Source of the DNA: Mobula hypostoma
Lineage: Eukaryota
Assembly (NCBI RefSeq): GCF_963921235.1
Contig: NC_086097.1
Coordinates: 65,226,001 to 65,290,000 of the forward strand
DNA: 64,000 nt
Direction: 5' to 3'
Positions 24,801 through 38,372 of this stretch are shown here, piece after piece. A model generated the notes under the pieces. The model had not been told where the DNA came from. It saw only the letters and a program-made list of their open reading frames with translations, and ran no database searches. Numbering within the stretch: the first letter of the stretch is position 1; each line of letters opens with the position of its first letter. The translations under genes were made by a program, and so were the position numbers.

Positions 24801-26199
24801 CTCTGGATTGAAATTGACATGCAGGAGAATGAAAAGTGGGAATTCAAAATTTGACCTTTGCCACTGAAGTTGACTTAGCTTGAAAATTAATGCATTTTCA
24901 GGAACATTGGGAAATTGCATCAATTCATGAACAGCAATCTCAATATTCTCACATTTCATTGTCTTCCGTGCAACTACTATTTTACAATATAGTCAATTTG
25001 AAGTTAGGAGTAAAAAATTGTATGATGTAATGCTATGCTCAAGTCAAACATAAGTTGTGTTGGCCTGTAGACTGTAACCTAAATCTATTTAAAACAAGTC
25101 AAGAAGTTGGAATGAAAGGAGTTAATGTATAAGTGATGTTACAGTATTTCAGCTTAATGTTGAAATAGATTTAAATGGTTCAATGCATATGATAATATGC
25201 AGCTAAGTTCCCATTTTGTTTTAAAACCTCTGATAGAGAAATGGGATGTAATTTAGCTCATAGTTAACATAATCCATCGACAATCAACACACACCCCCTC
25301 TCTCGACACAATGTTGGCACTGGTACGAAGGAGAATTTTGTTCTGATTAAAGGCTGATGCGTGCACAGCACGGTAGGTCTAAATCACACACAGGTCCGCG
25401 TGAATTTGCATCCAAACTTAGGGTTGCTTATAATAATTGTTAAGCAATATTTACTTTGAGGCAAAACTTTGCCTTGATAAATCCTTGAGGTAATGTCACT
25501 TTAAACAATATACAATCATTTTAAAAGGTAAATACATTGCCAATGGACATTTAGCACTCTGTCAACTGTAAATCATGCAAAGTAAAAGCAGAAATGTTCT
25601 AATACTGATGGCGACTTCTGTCCTGAGACGATGTTGTTGATATTATTACTGAGAAAATCATAAATCTTTTATTTTTCTGACAAAACTAAAAATCAACAAT
25701 TTTCCAAACTGACTCCATTTCAAAACAAAATTAAAACATAAATTATTTAGGCAAGTCCTGGCATTAAAAATCAGCAGCATGACAGCTTACACTCTGGATG
25801 ACTTCCAGTAACAATCAAACTTGCTCAAGCAAAGCCTACCTGGTTTTCACCACATCGAGGGGATGCATCAGGCAAATTTCCATAAGACCTATGATGACAG
25901 AAAAGAAAGAGCCAATGAACACAAGCGCAAAGTTTACACTTCACTGCTTATAATAGGTAAAAGGTCAAATATGAAAAATGAAAAAAATTGCAACATTTTT
26001 ATTTATTCATCTATAAAATACGACACCTTTAGCATTGCCAGCATTTATTGTCCATGCCTAAGTACTCCTGAACTGAGATAGTTCAGAATTGATCATATAA
26101 ATAGTTTGGCATCCATGAGATGTGAGAATGTGAGATGTTAGCTAGCATTCCTTAAGTCCAAGAGTAAACCAGATAAACACGAAAAACTAATAATATAGC

Positions 26200-29100
26200 T
26201 ATATGTGGGAAGTTAGGGAGATCTCCAGCGTCTTTGATGACTACACATGTGCAAAGTACATCTGGCTGTAACTCCTTACAGACTATGTCAGGAAAGTGGA
26301 GCTGGAGGATCTACACATCAATTGGAAAAATGAGGGGATAACAGGCAGGTGATGCAAGGAGGCAGTCACACCTGTCTGCAGGAGGCAGGTTGACTGTCAG
26401 GAGAGGGAACGGGAATATTCAGACTGAGCAGAGTACCATTCCCCTCATTAACAGGTACATCAATTGTGGGATTGAGTTTAAGAGCCGAGAGGTAATGTTG
26501 TAGCTATATAGGACCCTGGTCAGACCCCACTTGGAGTACTATGCTCAATTCTGGTCGCCTCACTACAGGAAGGACGTGGAAACTGTAGAAAGGGTGCAGA
26601 GGAGACTTACAAGGATGTTGCTGTAGGTTTTCTATGTTTCCATCAACAAGATGACCCATCAAGTGAAAGGCTCAGTAACCAGGTGTCTGGCACTGAATCT
26701 AGCTCAGTAGAGCAGAAGGGAAGGAGGTAGAAAAGGGAAACAGTGGTAACAGTAGTGCACTGTCTCCCAGGTGCCAGGTTTAGGAACGTCTCAGGTCTGG
26801 TCGACAGCATTCTTAAGTGGGAGAATGACCAGCCAGGATCAGCCAGAAGTTGATCCCAATAGCTCAGAAAATAGATAAGGTCCTGAAGAGCAGAATATAG
26901 GGAGCTAGAAAGAAGCTGAAAAGCAGGACCTCAAGGGCAGTAGTCTCTAGGTTGTTGCCTGTGCTACATGCCAGCAAGTTTAAGAACAGGATAATGCAGC
27001 AGATGAAGGTGTGACCGAAGAATTGGTGTAGGGGGCAGGGTTTCAAATTTGTAGGTCATTGGGATATCTCCCGGGAAGGTATGACCTGTAGAAAGGGGCA
27101 CATTAGACCCAGACTTGAGAGGGGCCAATGTCCTTGCGGGCAAGTTTGCTGGAGCCATTCATAAGGATATAAACTAGGTCGGCAGGAGAATGGGAACCAG
27201 AATGATAGGTCAAATCATGAAGCAGTTGGTGTAAAGGTAGATGCAATATGTAGAGAGACTGTGAGGAAGGGCAGACAGTGGATAGGGCATAAATTCAGTC
27301 AGTTGGATGGGTTGAAATATGTTTACCTTAATGTGAGAAGTATCCGGAACAAGGGAAATGAAACTAGGAGCATGGATCAGTACATGGAACTATGACAATA
27401 TGGCCATTACAAAGACTTGGCTGCCACAAGGGCAGGACTGACTGCTGGATGTTCTATGGTTTAGATGTTTCAAAAGGGAAAGGGAGGGAAGTTTACGAGG
27501 TGGCAATGTGCATTGCTAATCAGGGATAGTATCATAGCTGCAGAAAGGGAGGAAGTTGTGCATGGATTGTCTTCTGAGTCAGTGTGTGCAGGAGTCAGAA
27601 ACAGGAAGAGAGCAATTATTCTATAAGGAGTATTCTATAGGTTCCCCAATACCACCAGGGACACCAAGGAGTACATTGGGAGGCAGATGTTGGAAAGATG
27701 CAAAAATAACAGGGTTGTTGTCGCAGGTGACTTCAACTTCACTAATATTGATTGGTACCTCCTTGGTGCATGAGGCTTAGGTACAGCAGAATTTGTTTGG
27801 TGTGTTCAAGAAGGATTCCTGATGCAATATGTGAACAGGTCAACTACAGGAAAGTCCATATAGGGTCTAATACTGGGCAATGAACCTGGTCAAGAAACAG
27901 ATCTCTCAGTGTGGAAGCACTTTGGAGACAGTGACTGCAACTCCCTGGACTTTTGCATATCCTTATACAGAAATAGGAGCGGGTGGTATGGGAAAATATT
28001 TAATTGGGGGAGAGCTAATTATGATGCTATTAGGCAGGAACTTAGGAGTGTAAATTAGAAACAGCTGTTCTCAGAGCAACATACAACAGAAATGTGGAGT
28101 TTGTTTAGGAAGCACTTGCATGGGGTTCTATGTAGGTTTGTCCCATTGATGCAGGGGAAGGACAGGAGAGTGATGGAACTATGGTTGATAAAAGATATGG
28201 AACATTAAGTCAAGAGGAAAAAGGAAGCATACTTAAGGTTTAGGAAGCAAAGATCAGATAGGGCTCTTGAGATTTATAAGGTAGCCAGAAAAGAGCTTCA
28301 GAAGGAACTTAAGAGAGCTAGAAGGGATCATGAGAAGGCCTTGTTGAATAGAATTAAGGAAAACTCCAAGGCATACTACTCCAAGGCATGGTACTTGAAG
28401 ACCAGGAGGATAACTGGAGTGAAGGTAAAACTGATCAAAGATGGAAGAGGAAACATATGCATGGAGTCACAGGAGGTAGGGGAGGTCCTTCATGAATACT
28501 TTGCTCTAGTATTTACCAGTGAGTGAATGGTGAATACTGAAGCAAATGTAAGGTCAGCGTACAACAGGTTAATATGCTGGAACATGTCCATGTTAAGAAA
28601 GAGGAACTTTTAAAAGAACTTTGGGAGAGATAAGGTTACTATGGGAGGCAAGGGAAGAAATTGCTGCACCATTGGTGATAGTTTTTGCATCCTCATTGGC
28701 TACAGGAATAGTAAAAGAAGATTGGAGGATGGAAAATGTTATTCCTTTGTTCAAGAAAATTAATAGGGAAATCCTGGAAATTAAAGATCAGCGAGTGTTA
28801 CATACTTAGTAGATGGACTATTGGAGAGAATGCTTAGAGAACAAGCGTTTGGAGATGCATAGTCTGATTAGGCACAGACAGCACGGCATTGTGAGGGGCT
28901 ACAGGAGCCTGATTGAGTTTTTTGCAGAAGTGACAAAACAGATTAATGATGAAAGAGTAGTGGATGTGGTGTATATGGACTTTAGTAAGCTGTTCAACAA
29001 GATTCCCCATAGTAGGGTCATTCAGAAAGTTAGAAGGCACAGGATCCAGGGAAACTTGGCTGCATGGATTCAGAATTGGCTTGCCTACGGATGGCACAGG

Positions 29101-29873
29101 GTGGTGGAAGATGGAGCACATTCTGCTGGAGGACCTGCAGGGATCTGTTCTGGTATTTCTGCTTGTTGTGATTTTTATAAATGACTTTGATGAGGAAGTG
29201 GGAGGGTGGCTAGTAGGTTTGTAAATGGCATGAAGGTTGGAGGTGTTGTGAGTAGAGTAGAAAGTTGTTCTAAGTTTCAACGAGACATTGACAGGATGCA
29301 AAGCTCGGCTGAGAGGTGGCAGATGGAGTTCAATCTGGAAAGGTGTGAAGTAATACACTTTGAACGGTTGAACTTGAAGGCAGAATACAAGGTTACTGTC
29401 TGGATTCTGCACAGTATGGAGGAACAGGGAGATCTTGGGTCCCTCATCCATAGATCCCTCAAAGTTGCCACACAAGTTGATAGGGTGGTTAAGAAGATGT
29501 ATGGTGTGTTGGCCTTCATTAGTCATGGGATTGAGTTCAAGAGCCACAGGTAATGTTGCAGCTCTATAAAACTCTGATTAGATCACACTTGGAGTATTCC
29601 GTTCAGTTCTGGCCACCTCATTCCAGAAGGATGTGAAAGCTTTGAAGAGGGCAAAGGAAATTTACCAGGAAGCTGCCTGGATTAGCGAACATGTCTTATG
29701 AGGAAAGACTGAGCTTTTGGGCTCAAGACTGGGCTTTTCTCTTCAGAGCAAAGGAGATTGAGAAGTGATTCAATAGAGATGTATAAGAATGATAAGAGAT
29801 ATAAGTACAGTGGACAGCCAGTGCCTTCTTTATCAGGGTAGCAATGGCTAATGTCAGAGGACATACTTTAAGG
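26200..29873 (+). mobile_element. Near full-length decayed CR1 LINE (ORF1 with SGNH esterase, APE endonuclease, RT)
   Basis: MWEVREISSVFDDYTCAK; HCLPGAR...SRTSRAVVSRLLPV; LNVRSIRNK; GDFNF; VDVVYMDFSKLFNKIPH; WQMEFNLERCEV. Confidence 0.9.
26461..26640 (+). mobile_element. Short CR1 3' fragment nested in CR1 ORF1
   Basis: GIEFKSREVML.LYRTLVRPHLEY...KDVETVERVQRRLTRML joined directly to the tail TTCTATGTTTC. CATCAA on both sides. Confidence 0.8.
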
Positions 29874-30089
29874 CAGGGCTTCTCAACCGGAGTTCTGCAG
29901 AACCCTAGAGTTCTGTGAGAGGTTGCTAGGGGTTCCAACAGAGATGATGATTAAAAAAATAAACATCGATTTTCGAACCTCACGCAATGTGCGATCCGAG
30001 CACTCACAGTGGTGGGCAGTGATTGAGCAACCACATTAGAGGTCTCTCAGCCCAGTATGGTAGTGCGGAGTAGGACTGTGTGGTTGAGC
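29874..30089. mobile_element. Left end of a hAT/Charlie-like non-autonomous DNA transposon
   Basis: Starts CAGGGCTTCTCAAC with subterminal GAACCCTAG...CTAGGGGTTC, and cuts off the CR1 abruptly. I did not find the partner TIR. Confidence 0.5.
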
Positions 30090-31105
30090 CCAAGCAACAC
30101 ACACAAAATGCTGGAGGCATCTATGGAAAAGAGTAAACATTTGACATTTTGGGCTGAGACCCTTCAGCAGGACTGGAAAAAAAAAAGATGAGGAGCAGAG
30201 TTAAAAGGTGGGGGGAGGGGAGAAAGAAACACAAGGTGATAGGAGGAACTGGGAGGAGAAGAGGTGAAGTAAAGAGCTGAGAAGTTGATTGGTGAAAGAG
30301 GTACAGGGCTGGAGAAGGGGGAATCTAATAGGAGAGGACAGAAGGCTATGGAAGAAAGAAAAGGGGGGAGGAGCACCAGAGGGAGGCGATGGTCAGGCAA
30401 GGAGACAAGGTGAGAGAAGGAAAAGGGGATGGGAAATGGTGAAGGGGGGGCGGGGGGAGCATTATCATAAGTTCAACAAGTCGATGTTCATGCCATCAGG
30501 TTGGAGACTACCCAGATAGAATATAAGGTGTTGTTCCTTCAATCTGTGTGTGGCCTCACCGCGACAGTAGAGGAGGCCATGGATAGACATACCAGAATGG
30601 GAATGGGAAGTAGAATTAAAATGGTTGGGCACTGGGAGATCCTGCTTTTTCCGGCGGACGGAGTATAGGTGCTTGGTGAAGCGGTGTCCAAATTTATGTC
30701 GGGTCTCACCAATGTACAGGAGGCCACACCAGGAGCACAGGACGCGGTATATGACCCCAGCAGACTCACCTTGTCTCCTTGCCTGCCCGTCGCCTCTCTC
30801 TGGTGCTCCTCCCCCCTTTTCTTTCTTCCACGGCCTTCTATCCTCTCTTATCAGACTCCCCCTTCTCTAGCCCTGTATCTCTTTCACCAATCAACTTACC
30901 ATCTCTTTACTTCACCCCTCACCCTCCCGGTTTCTCCTATCACCTGTGTTTCTCCCTCCCCTCCCCCCACCTTTTAACTCTTACTCCTCATCTTTTTTTC
31001 TCCAGTCCTGCTGAAGGGTCTCAGCCCAAAATGTCGACTGTACTCTTTTCCATAGATACTGCCTGGCCTGCTGAGTTCCTCCAGCATCTTGTGTGTGTTG
31101 CTTGG
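30090..31105. mobile_element. PLE 3' end (minus strand, including part of GIY-YIG) with an inverted copy of its terminal repeat
   Basis: 30090-30414 is inverted relative to 30765-31105. GIY-YIG coding sequence on the minus strand at about 30470-30769. CTCAC shared at the junction. Confidence 0.9.
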
Positions 31106-31331
31106 AGGGGAGAATGATTAGGCTGATGGTAAGTGCTGTATTGCACCAAGGGGAGGGTGGTAGGCCGATGCAGAGTGTGAAGTGCGTTATATTATAACAA
31201 CTTATAGACGTATTGCATGTTTGTTATGGAAATAATGCTTCACAGATAGACAATCATGAGAGAAAGACATTGTAGCTGAGAAGGAAAGGTTAGCTGGAGG
31301 ACTGAAGTTTCTTCAGATAGTTACAAGAATA

Positions 31332-32944
31332 TCAAGTCAAGTCACTTTTTATTGTCATTTCAACCATAACTGCTGGTACAGTACACAGTAAAAATGAGAC
31401 AACGATTTTCAGGACCATGGTGCTACATGAAAAAATACAAAAACTACACTGAACTACGTAAAACAACACAAAAACTACACTAGACTACAAACCTACCCAG
31501 GACTGCATAAAGTACACAAAACAGTGCAGGCATTACAATAAATAAGAGTTTGTATGAGGGTTGCATAATTCGGTTTGCTTTGCGGATGCAGCGTGTGGTA
31601 TAAATGTCTCTAATGACGGGACGAGAGACCCCAATGATCTTCTCAGCTGGCCTCACTATCCGCTGCAGGGTCTTGCGATCCGAGATGGTGCAATTTCCGA
31701 ACCAGGCAGTGATGCAGCTGCTCAGGATGCTCTCAATACAACCTCTGTAGAATGTGTTGAGGATGGGGGGTGGGAGATGGACTTCTCTCAGCCTTCGCAG
31801 AAAGTAGAGACACTGCTGGGCTTTCTTTGCTATGGAGCTGGTGTTGATGGACCAGATGAGATTCTCTGCCAGGTGAACACCAAGAAATTTGGTGCTCTTA
31901 ACGATCTCTACGGAGGAGTCGTCGATGTTCAGCGGAGAGTGGTCGCTCCGTGTCCTCCTGAAGTCAACAACCATCTCTTTTGTTTTGTTCACATTCAGAG
32001 ACAGGTTATTGGCTCTGCACCAGTCCGTTAGCCGCTGCATCTCCTCTCTGTATGCTGACTCATCGTTCTTGCTGATGAGACCCTCCACGGTCGTGTCATC
32101 GGCGAACTTGATGATGTGGTTCGAGCTGTGTGTTGCAGCACAGTCGTGGGTCAGTAGAGTGAACAGCAGTGGACTGAGCACACAGCCCTGGGGGGCCCCG
32201 TGCTCAGTGTGATGGTGTTGGAGATGCTGCTTCCAATCCAGACTGACTGAGGCCTCCCAGTCAGGAAGTCTAGGATCCAGTTGCAGAGGGAGGTGTTCAG
32301 GCCCAGTAGGCACAGCTTTCCAATCAGTTTCTGAGGAATGATTGTGTTGAATGCTGAACTGAAGTTCATGAAAAGCATTCGAACGTATGTGTCTTTTTTG
32401 TCCAGATGGGTTAGGGCCAGGTGGAAGGTGATGGCAATGGCGTCGTCTGTTGAACGATTGGGATGGTACGCGAACTGCAGGGGGCCCAGTGAGGGGGGCA
32501 GCAGGGTCTTGATGTGCCTCATGATGAGCCTCTCGAAACACTTCATGATGATGGATGTGAGTGCGACAGGACGGTAGTCGTTGAGGCAGGACACTGAAGA
32601 CATCTTCGGCACAGGGACGATGGTGGCGGCCTTCAAACATGCAGGAACGACAGCGCTGCTCAGGGAGATGTTGAAGATGTCAGTGAGAATATCTGCTAGC
32701 TGATCTGCACATCCTCTAAGCACTCTGCCAGGAATATTGTCTGGTCCAGCAGCCTTCGGTCGGTTGACCCTGCACAGGGTTCTCCTCACATCGGCCACAG
32801 TAAGACACAGCACCTAGTTAGACACACCACATCATTTTCTGCCTCAAAATGAGTGTAGAAGTTGGTTAGCACATCTGGGAGGGAGGCATCACCCACACAG
32901 TCAGGTGATGTTGTCCTGAATGCCCTTCCACATGCACAGCGTGT
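31332..32944 (-). mobile_element. Rex1/Babar LINE, 5'-truncated
   Basis: [51 protein letters not shown]. Tail GACAATAAAAAGTGACTTGACTTG. Confidence 0.93.
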
Positions 32945-33169
32945 CAAGAAATCAAGAAATAGCTGAGCGTGATGGATAAACTAAAGACACTGAAAGACAC
33001 AACTACAAGACTGAAGCCTTGCAATCTGGAACGAACCATGTCTCTATCTAGGTTAATCCAGTACACCTACAAGAACACGGCATCTCCAGTGTAACCTGTG
33101 CAGGTCAAACAATGCATAATCATTCAACTTTCGTTCATTAGCAAAGTGATTGAGAGGGTCACACACCAG

Positions 33170-33300
33170 TAAGTTAAGTTTAAGTTTAATTATCATTCAG
33201 CCATACATGAATACCCATGAACATGGCTAAACGAAACAGCGTTTGTCCAGGGTCAAGGTGCAAAACACAGTACCAACAGTCACCCACAGTACAAGGCAGA
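33170..33300 (-). mobile_element. Rex1-type 3' tail fragment
   Basis: Minus strand ...GTTTCGTTT...GAATGATAATTAAACTTAAACTTAAC. Confidence 0.5.
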
Positions 33301-33959
33301 AAAAAAGAAATATACCAAGAGAGACTCACTGATATATTCTGACTAATAATCAATTGCGTTATTTCAGACAAGATTCATTACAACCTTCAGCCAAACAAGA
33401 ATAAAACACAGGAAAATTGCTGAGGGAATTGGCCTTGGCATTCAGACAGCATTTGTTTGGAAACAAGGAACTTTAGTTACTCTTAGGTCAATAAATTTTA
33501 AGGGAAAACTTGAATTGCTGTATTCATATTAGCACAAAGGAAATAGTTGTTCAAGGCTAGTCTTTTAAGTCCAATACTTTTAGGAAGGGGCTCTTCAGGG
33601 AAGTATCCTTGACTCAACCATCTTCAGCTGTATCATCAATAGCCTGGTCTTCATCATGAGGTTAGCATTGAGGAGGATTGCTTGTGATTTATGGTATTCA
33701 GTGCTATTCATAATCTTCCAGATTATGAAGAACACATCAACATGCACTGAAACCTGAATAATGTTCAGATGGTGCTGATAAATAGCACGTAATATTTACA
33801 CTAAGAAAAGGCAAGTCTAATTGCTTCCCTTTGGTTTTACTGTCACTTAATCCACCACTATCTACATTCTATAAAGCTACCTTAAACCACCTCCTCAAGT
33901 ATTTATGACATACCATGGCTGAACAAAAAGGGTGCTCAAACAACACTGCAGTCCAAGCA

Positions 33960-34258
33960 GTAACAGCTATTACACTCCAACATCAGGCTCCTGAACCAGT
34001 GTGGATGACTTCACTCACCTCAGCTCTGAACTGAGTCCACAACCTATGGACTCACTTTCAAGGGCTCTACAACTCAAGTTCTCAGTATTACGTAGTTACT
34101 TTTTAAAAATTTGCACAATTTGTCTTCTTTTGCACATTGGTGGCTTGTCAGTCTTTGTGTGCAATTTTTAATTCTATAAAATCTCTGTACGATTGTGAAT
34201 GTCTATAAGAAAATGAATCTCAAGGTAGTAAATGTGATATGTTAACTTACTTTGAACT
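33960..34258 (+). mobile_element. Rex1/Babar 3' end
   Basis: Similar to 7415-7770 (AACAG.TATTAC...ATCAGGCTC.TGAACC...ACTTCACTCACC...AATGAATCTCAAGG...ACTTTGAA). Confidence 0.75.
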
Positions 34259-34806
34259 TAATATTCATTGAGTTATACAGCATGGAAGCAGACCCTTTGG
34301 GCCCATCTTGTCACAAGGATCTTGGTCCTTGCCAGCCTGAGCTACCTCCATACTGGAGGATAGAAGAGAACTCAGGAAAAAAAACCACATAAACCCAAGA
34401 ACAAGCTCCAACCAGACAGAACCCAGGTATGGCAGCTCTATTGGCTGTATCACTGGTTGCCATAGAGGAGGCAGGTGGAATTCTAGGCCATGAGACCAAG
34501 ACTGCAAAACCAATGGTGGGTCCAAGAGAGAGAGACAGTAAAAATGATGGCAGCGAGTTCAGGATGGTTAGAAAATATACACAAAAATTATTAGCTGCTT
34601 TCGATAATAGAATGATACTATTCTCAGAAATGCCATATCAATCCCATTCCCTCCACAGAATTCCGTGTAATGCATTATTGAAAGCATCAGAGAATAATAC
34701 AGCATGCTCATATTGACCATCTCAGGCACCTATCCATAGTTCCCATTTTTCGTCATGCAACTCCATCAACTTTGCTCATGCAGAGCTAGCCTCCAGCTCC
34801 ATCTTG

Positions 34807-37800
34807 ATAGACAATAGATAATAGACAATAAGTGCAGGAGTAGGCCATTCAGCTCTTCGAGCCAGCACCGCCATTCACTGTGATCATGGCTGATCACCCA
34901 CAATCAGTATCCAGTTCCTGCCTTATCCCCACAACCTTAGATTCCACTATCTTTAAGAGCTCTATCCATCTCTTTCTTGAAAGCATCCAGAGACTTGGCC
35001 TCCACAGCCTTCTGGGGCAGAGCATTCCATATATCCACCACTCTCTGGGTGAAAAAGTTTTTCCTCAACTCCGTTCTAAATGGCCTACCCCTTACTCTTA
35101 AACTGTGGCCTCTGGTTCTGGACTCACCCATCAGCAGGAACATACTTCCTGCCTCCAGCGTGTCCAATCCCTTAATAATCTTATATGTTTCAATAAGATC
35201 CCCTCTCAGCCTTCTAAATTCCAGAGTATACAAGTCCAGTCGCTCCAATCTTTCAACATATGACAGTCCCGCCGTCCCGGGAATTAACCTTGTGAACCTA
35301 TGCTGCACTCCCTCAATAGCAAGAATGTCCTTCCTCAAATTTGGAGATCAAAACTGCACACAGTACTCCAGGTGTGGTCTCACCAGGGCCCTGTACAGCT
35401 GCAGAAGGACCTCTTTGCTCTTATACTCAATTCCCCTTGTTATGAAGGCCAGCATGCCATTAGCTTTCTTCAAGGCCTGCTGCACTTGCATGATTGCTTT
35501 CAGTGACCGATGTACAAGAACACCTAGATCTCGTTATACTTCCCCTTTTCCTAACTTGACTCCATTTAGATAATAATCTGCCTTGCTGTTCTTACCACCA
35601 AAGTGGATAACCTCACATTTATCCACATTAAACTGCATCTGCCTACTCACCCAGCCTGTCCAAGTCACCCTGCATTCTCATAACATCCTCATCACATTTC
35701 ACACTGCCACCCAGCTTTGTGTCATCGGCAAATGTGCTAATGTTACTTTTAATTCCCTCATCTAAATCATTAATATATATTGTAAACAGCTGCGGTCCCA
35801 GCACCGTACCCTGTGGTACCCCAATGGTCACTGCCTGCCATTTCGAAAGGGACCCGTTAATTGCTACTCTTTGTTTTCTGTCAGCCAGCCAATTTTCAAT
35901 CCATGTCAGTACTCTGCCCCCAATACCATGTGCCCTAATTTTGCCCACTAATCTCCTATGTGGGACTTTATCAAAGACTTTCTGAATGTCCAGGTACACT
36001 ACATCCACTGGCTCTCCCTTGTCCATTTTCATAGTTACATCCTCAAAAAATTCCAGAAGATTAGTCAAGCATGATTTCCCCTTCATAAATCCATGCTGAC
36101 TCGGACCGATCCTGTTACTGCTATCCAGATGTGTTACAATTTCATCTTTTATGATTGACTCCAGCATCTTTCCCACCACCAACGTCAGGCTAACCGGTCT
36201 ATAACTCCCTGTTCTCTCTCTTCCTCCCTTCTTGAAGAGAGGGACAACATTAGCCACCCTCCAATCCACAGGAACTAATCTTGAATCTATAGAACATTGG
36301 AAAATGATTACCAATGCATCCACGATTTCTAAAGCCACCTCCTTAAGTACCCTGGGGTGCAGAACATCAGGTCCCGGGGAATTATCAGCCTTCAGGCCCA
36401 ACAGTCTATCCAACACCATTTCCTGTCTAATATAAATTTCCTTCAGTTCATCCATTACCCTAGGTCCTTTGGCCACTATTATATCTGGGAGATTGTTTGT
36501 GTCTTCTCCAGTGAAGACGGATCCAAAGTACCTGTTCAACTCGTCTGCCATTTCCTTGTTCCCCATAATAAATTCACCTGCTTCTGTCTACAAGGGCCAA
36601 ATTTTGGTCTTAACTATTTTTTTCCTTTTCACATACCTAAAGAAGCTTTTACTATCCTCCTTTATATTCTTGGCTAGTTTACCTTCATACCTCATTTTTT
36701 CTCCGCAAATTGCCTTTTTAGTTACCTTCTGTTGCTCTTTAAAAGTTTCCCAATCCTCTGGCTTCCCACTCATCTTTGCTATGTTCTCTTTTATTTTTAT
36801 ACTGTCCATTACTTCCCTTGTCAGCCGCGGCCTCCCCTTACTCCCCTTAGGATCTTTCTTCCTCTTTGGAATGAACTGATCCTGCACCTTCTGCATTATT
36901 CCCAGAAACACTTGCCATTGCTGTTCCACTGTCATCCCTGCTAGGGTATTGTTCCATTGAACTTTGGCCAGCAACTCCCTCATAGCACCATAGTTCCCTT
37001 TATTCAACTGTAATACTGACACTTCGAAGTTTCCCTTCTCCCTCTCAAATTGTAGATTAAAACTTATCATATTATGGTCACTACCTCCTAATGGCTCCTT
37101 TACCTCGAGATCCCTGATCAAATCCGGTTCATTGCACAACACTAAATCTAGAATTGCGTTTTCTCTGGTAGGCTCCAGTACAAGCTGTTCTAAGAATCCA
37201 TCTCGGAGGGACTCCACAAACTCCCTTTCTTGGGGTCCAGTACCAACCTGATTCCTCTAGTCTACCTGCATGTTGAAGTCCCCCATAACAACTGTAGCAT
37301 TACCTTTGCAACATGCCAATTTTAACTCTTGATTCAACTTACACCCTACATCCAGACTACTGTTTGGGGGCCTGTAGATAACTCCCATTAGGGACTCTCT
37401 ACCCTTAGAATTTCTCAGTTCTATCCATACTGACTCTACGTCTCCTGATTCTATGTCCCCCCTCGCAAGGGACTGAATATCATTCCTCACCAACAGAGCC
37501 ACCCCACCCCCTCTGCCCATCAGTCTGTCCTTTCGATAGGATGTATACCCTTGAATATTCATATCCCAGGCCCTGTCCACTTGAAGCCATGTCTCTGTTA
37601 TTCCCACAACATCACACTTACCAATTTCCAACTGTGCCTCAAGCTCATCCACTTTATTTCTTATACTCCGTGCATCCATATACAATACTTTTAATTCATT
37701 ACTCCCCTCACCTCCGAAATCAATTCCTATTTCACTTGGCCATACTGTACGATCCCTTCTTGAGATTTCTGCTCTGTTGATTCTGCTGTCTTTCTTGACT

Positions 37801-38372
37801 TTTCTTATTCTCACTTTCCCTTTATCTCCATCCTTATGTTTCCAGTTCGTCCCCTCCCCCCCACTACTTAGTTTAAACACACCCATGTTGCAGAGGCAAA
37901 CCTGCCTGCCAGAATGCTGGTGCCCCGCTTATTAAGGTGCAACCCGTCCCTTTTGTACAATTTCATCCTTACCCTGAAAGATACCCCAGTGGTCCAAGAA
38001 TGTAAATCCTTGCTTCCTGCACCAGTTCCTCAGCCACACACTTAGATCCATTATCTCCCTGTTCTTGACCACTCCAGCATGGGGAACTGGAAGCAAACCA
38101 GAGATAACCAGCCTGGAAGTCCTGCTTTTCAGCCTTCTTCCGAGTTCTCTGAAGTTACGCTGTAGAATGTCTTTCCTCTTCTTCCCCACGTCATTTGTGC
38201 CGACATGCACCACCACTTCTGGACGTTCACCTTCACTCTTGAGGATTCCCTGCAATCGGGCTGTGACATCCTGGATCCCGGCACCAGGGAGGCAACACAC
38301 CATCCTTAAATCTCGCCTGTTGCCACAGAAACCCCTTTCTATACCTCTCACTATGGAGTCCCCTACTACCAC
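34807..38372 (-). mobile_element. Well-preserved CR1 LINE (SGNH-esterase ORF1 C-terminus, APE endonuclease, RT, tail)
   Basis: VVGDSIVR...CLPGA...VHVGTND; ARSIRNK...ITETWL...IYRPP...MGDFN; YRPVSLT...GVPQGTVLGPQLF...FADDTKL. Tail (TATTGTC)n-like. Confidence 0.95.

Noticed and set aside
31561..32577. Plus-strand ORFs opposite Rex1 (and similar ORFs opposite CR1 at 34977-36879)
   Set aside because: These are antisense shadow ORFs of LINE coding sequence.
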